The notes under the pieces are model-generated. The model had not been told where the DNA came from and did no database searches. It worked only from the letters and a program-made list of their open reading frames with translations. Source: Tubulanus polymorphus (Eukaryota > Animalia > Nemertea). From it: a stretch of DNA of 64,000 nt. The position numbers were made by a program, and so were the translations under genes. The DNA lies in assembly GCF_964204645.1 (NCBI RefSeq), contig NC_134027.1, positions 26,250,560 through 26,314,559 on the forward strand, in the 5' to 3' direction. Of the stretch, positions 53,451 to 64,000 are shown in pieces (the stretch's first letter is position 1; each line of letters starts with the position of its first letter).

Positions 53451-54709
53451 GCGTCTTAGAAATCAGTAAAACAAGTCGAATAAACACTCGGAAATTCTAC
53501 CGAATAATATCAGAAGAATTGAGGAAAAAAATAAGTGAGCATTTTTTAAATGTGGAAAACACTCGACCATAATCTTTACGAAATATTCGGGCCGAATCGT
53601 TTGTTTGCAAGCGTCGTATTAACACGGATCTGGAGACTGTTTGAAGTATCGTTTTTGACACTGTTTCTACGTGACGTGTTTTCATTACGCGACAGACGAA
53701 GAAATGTCGCTTAGAGCAGACGACAAAGATCTTAGTTAAAATATGTGGCGTTGTTTTTCGGAGCGGTTGAAATAATTGTCTTCATGAACCAGCGAAACGA
53801 TATTCATTTAAATTCGTTGTATATTGCGGTCTAAAAGGACAGTGAAGTGATACATAATTGCAGTGGAGAAAATAGACTGATTAGATTAGATATGGTATGC
53901 CCAGTAAGGGGTCAAGTCTATAATGCCGCCACAGACCCCGGCAAGGACACTGAACTGTGCCCTCAATAACCGCAATAAGATCCTCAGTAATGACACTTCA
54001 ATTCTGATATAAGAACTGGTATAAATCAAAGCAAACATTGAAGGTGTCTAACGTCTTACAGTCAATTCGAAACGGCGTCTGGTTTCACAAGTGCCGTGCA
54101 ATAAAAGTTGGCAGTATATTTCGTTTATATTTATTGAGTTTTATTTCATTTGATGTCCGCTAGCGTGACTATAGATTGTAAGCAATATTATCAAGTATGA
54201 AGATTATGCCCAAAGATTGTTGTTATCTGACTGCCGGGACTAGTTTACCCGTAAAAATCAGTTATGAATTGAATATCTTCCATAGGATTTCTTTATGCTA
54301 TTTTGAAAAGCCGATTTTCTCGAATAAATGAAGAGTTTTCGGTATAAAGATCTATAGGTCTCTTTACGATTCAGATAATACGCGGTTTAAACCACACATT
54401 TCGTGAATGAAAATAGCCCGGCGTTGGATGACGAATACACTTGTTATAAACTGCAGACTCCATGCGGGGAAAGCTAATTTTTCTGCTCAGCAACCAGACA
54501 CACGGAATTATCCGGATCATATATTTATATGCTAGTATTTACACCTGTCTTGCAGTCAGTGAATAACCCAACACATTTCTAACTAAGCTCTTATTAAGTC
54601 GAAGATATATGCAGCCAGGATTTCTAGCCTGATACGACCCGGCGAAATAGTAAGACACTAGAGTATCCTTTCAAAAGCTTTTGATAACTCACAAATATGA
54701 TACTTAATC

Positions 54710-54910
54710 TAAAAGCAATTGACGATAGTGAAATGATATAAATCTCAGTGTAGAGTTAACAAATAAAAACCCACAGTAGATGTATAGAAAAGTTTATTTT
54801 TTTTAAGTTTCTCTGAATGATGGGGTTTAGAAGTAACCCCGAAACTGCTAGAAAATATACTTTTCTACATATCTACTGTGTGGGTTTTTATTTGTGTTAA
54901 AAGCAATTGA
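54710..54910. mobile_element. Penelope-like fold-back remnant with a 13-bp TSD and a degenerate hammerhead (54813-54850)
   Basis: TAAAAGCAATTGA at 54710-54722 and 54898-54910. Imperfect inverted arms of about 45 bp. Centre CTGAATGA-T-GGGGTT...AACCCC-GAAAC. Confidence 0.65.
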
Positions 54911-55851
54911 GTTCATTAAAAAATAATTTGTCAGTCGAGTACACATAAACTAAATAATGAATGGACTGAAAGACATCCTTATAGTGTTTCATTCAATTAT
55001 TCACTTTTTGTAGCAATGAAATTCGAGACTACCCGAAGACATCGAACACTTAAACCAGTAACCGGATCAAAGGCTATGCGAATATCGTAGCGAACTCGTG
55101 TCAACAGTGGTCGAATAATATTTATACAATAGGTAAATTTACTTAACGCGTAGAACTGCGCGCATTGTCTAGCAATAACTTAATAAAAATTCGAGAAAGA
55201 AAACCTTTTAGATATAGATTCAAAGCTCGACAATTATGTATATAGAGTCTTTTCTTAGGATAAGAGATCCACCATTGTCAGTATCACACCGTATCAAAGT
55301 TTGGTGCTGTCCCAGTTTGCTTTTGATTTGAGTTACCAATCAAGAAAACACACAAAAGAAGTGACTAAAATATCTTCCAATGTTGAAATCAGAAATATAT
55401 TGAATCCTGTCATAATAGTTTAATTTTAATTTCATTGTCTTAACAAAACATCTAGTACCCTCAGAATACCAGGATGCTGCCAAAACCAAGCCCTGGGATA
55501 TTCAATATGACGTATTCCATAGATTTCTCTAATATCTCGCGCAGATTAAGTAAAGGTAGTATTTGATGCATGAATTTAATAGATTTACTATAAAATCGTG
55601 ACCCGAACTAAAACGCTCGACGTTCATGTGTTGACACTTTTAACTATTTATCGACGATTTTGTCATCGGTGGCATCGGTTCAGACGCGACCCCAACATCA
55701 ATATCACATAACATCGAACGCCGCACGAGAGGTTGAAACCATCATGCAATCTTTATATAGAATTTATTGAATAATCTGCTGTCGAATGAATAAACAAAAA
55801 AAAAATTGCTAACAATTTTCCACGTTTTCTACGCGACACACGTACTCACAC

Positions 55852-55976
55852 ATCGCAGCGGACGTGAGCAGGGTTCTCTTCGTGGTTCGTTTGATTTCCA
55901 TTTTTAGATAAGATATATACTAAAAATGGAAAATCAAACGAACCACGAAGAGAACCCTGCTCGCGTCCGCTGCGAT
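55852..55976. repeat. Near-perfect inverted repeat (arms of about 56 bp, 12-nt loop)
   Basis: ATCGCAGCGGACGTGAGCAGGGTTCTCTTCGTGGTTCGTTTGATTTCCATTTTTAG and its reverse complement, with 1 substitution and a 1-nt indel. Confidence 0.9.
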
Positions 55977-58900
55977 CTGACATGATTCGATGACCTGTAA
56001 ATTTTAAACGACCCAAATTTGACTCGGTCTAAAATGAAATGGTGTCGTTTTTACCGCAGGGGGTTCATAGTTTAAACTCAGCGTGTATCGATTCCTTCAA
56101 TACGCGAATATCTGAATATCGCAAGGTTTAGTTCGCTAATTAGGCCAACCCGATTCTATAATTCTATTCGAGTCCATTCATTTCGCGCCACACGCGGAAA
56201 AATCTATTTCAGAAAGTTACGAAAACATTTTGATAACCAAACTTTCTGTGCGATGTATGAATAGATATCTAATGAAGGATATGGCGCTTTTCTAGAACAT
56301 GTCACAATAAACCTACAAAATCTACGACCGAACGTAGAATTAGTCTTAAAAAAACTCTATCCATTTTCTTTCTCTGATGTCACGATCGATGACAATTGGC
56401 TTTCGATACTTTTTATCAAGAGGCTCGTATTTAAACAATTCCGCTTCGTAATTGAAATCTACTCCACTCGGCGAATGACTATTCAGTTTTCAAAGTATAT
56501 GTGCTTTGATCTTGCGGTTTTTGTAAAAAGTAGACGCTTGATCCTAATACCCATCTTACGCGGCGACACACTGGCCACAGAGGTAATATTACCTAAAAAG
56601 CTTTTACGCGAGTGATTCACAGCGCAAAAATATCAATGAGGTTTTTTAAAAGTTCATCAGGTTTTCCAGTACTGCAAATGCGCGGCTATTGTATTGCACC
56701 GAAACATCGAGAACTTTCACATTTCGTGTTTGTTTTACCCGAACTATCGTCACGAATGACGCGCAAACCACACTTTGTCGTGGGAACCAAAACTAAACAT
56801 CGGACTAAAACGAAAACTTGATTCAACTCTGTATGAATCTGCGGTTTAAGTGACAGTTAGTGGGTTGGGTAACGTCCTCCGCCTCATGCTGTTTACCGGG
56901 GTCAACCGAGTCCTTCCTTTTGAAGTTGGAAAAAATTCGTATTTCACACGTAAATCCGCTATTATCAATGGATTGTTTTAAAGGCGTTCATTATTTAAAA
57001 TTTTTTATGAATCGAGGGATTGGCAAACCTGTCTGTGATGCGAACATTTTACAAAAAAAATATATTATGCTTACGTCGGTGACTTTTTAGAACGGGATAT
57101 GAATACAAGACAATTAGCTGCACCTAAGGAGATGTGAGGGGGATAGCTGCCGGGAGACGTTTTGTTCACGTCCGACTTCTTTTCAAAACCTGTCACTAAA
57201 CCTAGCCGTCAACATCTGACGAAGATGACATCTACATAATCGCGACATATTTTTACAGTTGAATTCGACAAAAGGAATTGATGGTAAATCGGGACTAGAA
57301 TCGGTTATAACATTCATTACACAACACACTGTAAAACGTTGCCCGTTTTTTTTTTTTTGTTGCTTTATCATCATTCATCGCGGATGTAAAAAAAAAACAG
57401 TTTCTAAAACTATTTTGCGGCGATGAATGCTGCTCGGATTTGTTACGTCTCGAAGCGGCACAAAGTTATCGGTTTCATAATTCAATTCAAAAAGATTCTT
57501 TTCATATCTGAGGTTTATTTCCATCGCGCCGGCGGTTTGACTTCGCAGAAAGGTCTACGTCGATTACAATAGCCACTGTAAACAGTATGATCTTCGTGGT
57601 ATCATTTTTTGCAAACATTTCCACGACTTCTAAATCTAAGCAGAATTCGCCGAATAGGATTAAAAAATCGTACTTTGTTACTACGGCCTCAATCGACAAT
57701 TCATGTCTAGATTGTAAAAAACGATTCGCTTCGTTCGCGAACAGAAAATCTAAAAAACGAATGTACTTGGGAAGACTAAAACAAGGAGGGGGTAAGCCTA
57801 ATGTCTGGCGTCTGGAGATGGAATCCTAACAATGCATGATTACTATGATCAGTACTACCGCATTTTTAAGATATCCTATAATAATAGTTATTCGGATTTT
57901 ATTGATACAGGTGTGGAGCAGTAATTTTACTTTATAACCAGAGATCACGCGTGTATTTTATAGTATTCCTAGAGCGCTCATTGTGTAACTGTACCGGGCA
58001 AACTTTCTCCGACAGAAAAATCGAGGGAGCTAAAAAGTGCAGTTTTTATCATCGGATTGATTATCAAATAAATACATGGGCGGTGACTTGATTTGTCAGA
58101 GTTCGGTGCGTTTTTTATGTCTCAAAACAGAGAACAGATCTACAATCGATCTCACAGATAATATTCTGGCCAGGAGAATGATGGCTAATGTACCGGTTCC
58201 TTTGTAATATCCCCAGGTCACCGGAATACATTCACATCCGCCCAGCATCTTTGACAATGCAGTCGTATCTTCGCGACAAATTCCCGGCAACTCAAGAATT
58301 GATATTCGAAAAATAAGTACATGTAGTTTCGAAGCCGAAACGAGACCTCCCGGATAGATTGATTGAGATTTTTATAAACAGTTGAAAATAGCTATTATCC
58401 CGTTCGCAACATGCCAGAAGCTAGAGACACATACGACAATACAGCGGTTCACCACAGAGAGTCGAATACTTCAAACAGAGCCGACCTGGGGCAGGCGAGG
58501 CACAGCGTTTGAACTTCCTATGTATTCGAGTTACACGCGTAGATTTACAAAGCATCCACGATTTTATTGGCAGAGAACGATGAAATGATTGTATATTTTT
58601 AAGTTGTTTTGCAATCGAGAGATCTAAAATAGCATTGATCTTTCGGGGGAACTATAGCAGTCGTTTCGGCAATTGATTTTTTTTTTAATCAGTCAACTCG
58701 CCAGGTGGTGTTGCCGGTCAAAATCAAGAGTCTTTTGTATCCTAATATCATGTAATATGTTCAAGTCGCAAAAAAACAATGTAATTCGTATTTGCGTGAA
58801 TAAGCTGAAGAAATTGAGAGTTTAAATGGCTCGTTAGGCTTGTATATTACAATGTTACGAATGCACATATGATATCTATTGTCCGCTTCATGTCACCCAG

Positions 58901-61900
58901 TCACCCCCAGCCTTCATTAAGATAGCCTCCCACAAACTCATTAACCGATAATCACTATACATATTGAAATTAATCAAATTTCATGTCCGATTCCTTCGAG
59001 CGGTCGGCTCTTTTTGATCGCGGCTAGAAACCGCACCGGGAACAAAGCCGAGCTTTAAACTATAGCCGATATACCCGCAGTCATTTATCATTACCAGTAC
59101 AGATTCCAATCTAATTCTCACCGACAATCGAATTAGGATTTAATTTCATTTTCAAAATATTAAATACAGCAGCAGGTTGGTAGAACACGCCGTGCGGTGT
59201 ATTGAAATGAAGGGCTTTAAATTCAAGAATTCACGCAGAAATAACTACAGTACTCGTGTTCAGAATATCGCTATCTCTGCCTTGAATTTCAAGTTAAACC
59301 AATAACACCTGTTTGCGAGTTGTTTTTTAGAACGTATGGGGTAATTTAAAAAATAAAGTTCAAATTTCTTACGTTACGGCGCGGTTTTTTAGCGAACTCG
59401 GAAAAAAAATCTGGCAACGCGGCAAAATCGCGGCGTTAACCAACCAACCGTGCAGAGAATCGGGTGGAGATCAACACAATTCAGAGCCATGTCTCAAATC
59501 TATCCCAAAAAAGGGAAATTGTCCATCGATCTGTTTTTGCCTCAGTCTCTGGTTGCGTAAAAGTATATTTTTCATCGAAGATCTAGGTTGGATGTTATAG
59601 AGATATTTTTTTGTAGATCGTGTAATCTTTTTCTGCGCGTCTGAGTGTCCGGGTTTATTCCACTTTCAGGTTATTTTTTGAGTATTTCTATGAATCGCGG
59701 CGTCGTTTGAATATCTTCCTGCACGGAAGAAGCCGGATTATTATTTTGATAGCTGCTGGATTAATGGGGGTAGAGCGATGATCGATCGGCGGATTAGACG
59801 ACCGTCTTATTCCTACAGCATTTCAAACATTTCAGACGAATACAATTCTATATGATTTCTACGAGTTGTTCTACATTTTACGAGAGATGCAGGAAACTTA
59901 AAGAACCCAAATGTACCAGTGTTCAGGGACCAGTATGTTTAGGTTGGTCTAAGTTCACGTTGGTTAGAGTTAACCATCAGTTACGTACCATGGTGGCAAT
60001 AACTTCTGACCAACTCTTGAGCAACTACTGACTCCTTGTTCGTGAATCAATTATCATTTCCATGAGGTCTCTTTATCTAAGTTCTTTACTGGCATAGCTT
60101 TGAAGTGTCATGTCTGTTTAATGCTATCTAAAGCCAATCTAAGCACTTAGGACCAGTCTTTAGACCGCTTTTGCACTTAAGTCGGGACTGAGCAACGCTG
60201 GGACCAAATTCATTTTCTAGAAGTTCTTAACTGGTCCATTTGAACTACAATCTAGAAGTCTTAGATATATAGCAGGAAGGTGATTAGGAGAAACAGGTCC
60301 CGTAGAAACAAACACTGATTTATCGTGTTATTTGTGACACCATTGCGATGCCTACACTCGCTTATATACATAAAGCATATAGTATAACATTAATTGGAAA
60401 CCGTTGATAATGCGGCGGGTCTTTTATCGCTCTCGAGCGGTTCAGTTTTCACCGGCGATAGAATGAAAGCGAATCCCGGGCGGTTAAACATGAAAGGGAT
60501 CGTGTTCACTCATCGGTGGTGATATCAACAATACACTCATTAAACATTCCCGCCGTCAAATATCAGAACATATCAATCCGAGATTCGATCGCGATTATTT
60601 ATATTGGTCAACGAGGTACAAGCTATTCATCGTATTAGTCGATCTCTCTATATGGGGGGAGGGTGATCCATACGTTCATTCATTATATCAATTAATATCG
60701 TGTAATTTAGGTCACTTGTACTATCATATTCATATTCATATATTTTACTGCCCACAAAAAATGATTTGCATAGATTAAAAAGTATAAACATACAAAAAAC
60801 CTATCTAACAAGGAAAAGGTAAAAAAAGATAAAAATGTTTTAAGCCTTTTCTAATTTGAATTCCTAAGTCTCGACAAGTTCCTCCTGTAAAGTTTAACAA
60901 CCTATACGTTACATTTATCGAGTGGCATGATTGCCTGGCAGTGCTGGCACAATTACCCCTATGCCATTTCGCTGATGGTTGATATCTCGTCCAGTTATAA
61001 CCTGGTTAGAACCACTCAGTAAAACTCGGATCAATACGCGTAATTATGACGATTTCAATTATTCAAAATAATTCGAATTTGTTTCATAATTGAACTCGAG
61101 TAGATACGCCTACGACTGAACTGATTATAGAATAGAACTCTTCTCTCCTCAGCAGCTGATGAATCGTTGGAGTCTATTTCAATCTAATAGGTTTTTGATA
61201 ATCCTTCAATATCGCGGAAAATGAATTCGCAATCGATATTTTAGTTCAACCGTCTGGTCATCTTAGATCAGATATATACAACCCGTTAAGGCACCCGGCT
61301 TCCGTTCAAACAAGCTGAAATTTTAGTCGAAAACTAAGACATCCCTAACGAGCCATCCTCCTGACCTTGAAAATGGAAACTGATTTCGATATAGGTTACC
61401 GAATCGTCGACCAATACTGCGTCATTACTGATATTAATCATGAGCGCACCTATAAAGTTTAGATTAACTTGACACTTTATGTAAGTAACAGGTCATGAGT
61501 TTATCAACAACTGGCCATCCTGTACGAATATAGGCCTTCGAGTGGTCGTGAACTTCGGCGATGTAAACATTCGTATTGTTTTGGTCAGTTGTCAAACTGA
61601 TAAGAACTGGTAAGCAGCACTCGCGAAGGTGTCAACTTTCTTTATCTAGGTGACAAGTGAATAGGTGTTTATCAATTACTTATCATAATAACGTATGGGT
61701 TCGATAAATTTTGGCAGAGGAGTGGTACTTATACTGGCACTATACCAGAACTACGAAACTAACGGAAACGAAGACGACGGTTTGAGAATTTTATCGCGAT
61801 CATCTGTTACAAATATCCCGACCGCGAATTTCAAAGTTACCGATACCTCAGATCAAAAAGCATGTACCCCGCGTTTAGAATAACAGTTACATAAACGGAT

Positions 61901-64000
61901 CAAACGTTGGCAATGTTGCGTTCTCTCGGTGAGGTGGCCCGGTTTCACTATAGTCGAGATCTTCCACCCAGATCTCCGAACAACTGCTGTTTTCAAACGC
62001 AACAAAGTCTGCTTTGAAAAATCGCCGATTTCTCAAGAGTCTCAGCGTCCTGTAGATGCAGCCACGTTCTCAGGTGGTTCGTGTTACATAATAACGAGGG
62101 TCTTCTAGAATGAAATATGTACCGCGAACTTATGCTAACATTTTGGAGCCATCCTCATTTATGACGCCGTGAGGCGAGTCACTTACAGAATACGAAATGA
62201 TCGGAACCGTGCTAGAATTTGGTACGGTGTTTTTGGTCGGGTCAAATTTGGCCCGTATCAAACACGAGCCTGCGCCGTGGCTTCATGTTCGTTTGAGACA
62301 TTTCCCTCCCATTTTCTAAGATCCACCTCTGTTTTTCATGAAAATCTTGAATACCACGAGAGTTTGTTTCGGGCAATAGTTTAATAATCATATTCCATCT
62401 AGGATCGATTGGGGCTGTATTGCATTACGTTTCATATATTCATATATATATATACAGGTAATAATAAAGAATTGATTTAATTTAATGGATCACCTATCCA
62501 AGGAATTATGTCAGTTACTTCTATACAAAACGTTGTAGCGAATTACTAAAACATATGTTACCTATCTAAAGTCTGGGTTATTCAGTGCAGTTGTTAATTT
62601 CTGTTAAAAGTTTTCAGTCCGAAGGATCAAATTTTAATCATTAGAGATGAAAATAGTAAAACGATATTACGTCGTATTGTACGGAGCATTTTAGGTCCAT
62701 CTGTTACTAAACCGTATCGACAAATATGATTCTAAACACTTAGACAAGGACTGTAGAAACTGCCATGAAATCGAAATATATAGTAGGGATACTACTATAA
62801 ATGCTCAATGATTTCAGTAAAGAAGATAAATTCACAATAAAGATATCTGGTCATGTGAGCAAATATAATTTTATCAAGCATATCGTAGGTTATGAAACAT
62901 CAAAGGATGTTTACTATAGGGTTTATCTAAGAGAAGCATGCTTAAAGGGTCCCTCGCGGAATTAGAACAGATGGTTCGCTATATGTTCAGCTCTTCAGCA
63001 ATTATATACTATTTCTTTCTGGATTTCTGTTCGTTCCTCTTTGAACTCACGGTTTATCGCTAATTTTTATCATCAGACATATTTCGTTTCTGAGCGGAAA
63101 ATCCGTTCTCCGCAGAAAGCGATGTTGTATTGGCGATTTTTTGGTAAGATTTGCCATTAACTCAAGGCAAAGATGTACATGTCCTGTAATAACTAACCGT
63201 TATAGCATCCAAGACGTCCAGGCCTCATTAACCCGCGGTAGCTTTTATTATAGCTTCGTGATTAACCTCTCCGAGATCAATACCTCAGTAACTATCCGGA
63301 TACTTTATAACTTATAGATATATAGCTAATGATCTTGTGATTAATTGACCGTCGACGGACAGTCAGGAGTTTCCTCGATTCTATGACCACGCTCTCTGTG
63401 GAACTGGTATGTACATGGGGAAGTCGCAATAACACAATAAAGATGAAATTCTAATGTCTCCAATTCACAATAATAATAAACGCCCACGACTCTAGACCTC
63501 GGTAAAAGAAAAAGAAAAATCTAAGATTATGTAGTTATATAACGTCTTTTCGAATCTTTAAGAAATTACCTCATTATTTTCCCAATATGATTAAATTAAA
63601 GGTTATTATGCATTTCCGATGTTTTTGTCCTGTAACTTGTAAGGGGTATGAAAGTGCATGAATATGAAAGAACAACAGGGCCTTTAGGTCATAAGTTTCT
63701 TTAAACTTTACCAAGTCATCCAGCATCTTATATTACAATATTTTGTATTCAATTATGCTACTTCTTATTGTTATATTCTTCTTATTAGATCGTAAATAAA
63801 ATATTATCATTATTACAATTATTATTATGTATTAAATGGGCCCTGATTATGTTTTAAACAAGGTATTCATCTTCTTCATTCATGCCAGCTCTTACTTCTA
63901 AAACCCATAAAAATGTCATATAAAATCATCATCATAAAACCTACACAATATTATTAATACTAATACTAATACTAATCCTTTCTGATGATTATTTTACAAG

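Overview
AT-rich animal (invertebrate-looking) genomic DNA that is almost entirely intronic. The only confidently coding content is five minus-strand exons (25330-25658, 19596-19734, 5429-5524, 2335-2397, 108-206) of a PDZRN3/PDZRN4 (LNX3/4, Slip1-like) PDZ-RING E3 ligase gene. They splice GT-AG in frame into 242 codons covering the C-terminal half of PDZ1, the linker and all of PDZ2. The upstream intron runs more than 38 kb beyond the window end. Notable items inside the introns: (1) a textbook recursive-splice/ratchet junction (pyrimidine tract-AG|GTAAGT) at 53428/53427; (2) several candidate alternative first exons that would splice in phase 0 onto PDZ exons, one of them Cys-rich; (3) at least 7 Penelope-like-element remnants carrying minimal hammerhead ribozyme motifs, three of them fold-back insertions with 12-13 bp target-site duplications, and with the intact unpaired ribozymes antisense to the host gene; (4) other long palindromes, MITEs, tRNA-derived SINE heads, minisatellites and microsatellites. 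Almost all ORFs in the supplied track are spurious. All calls were made by eye; no searches were run.
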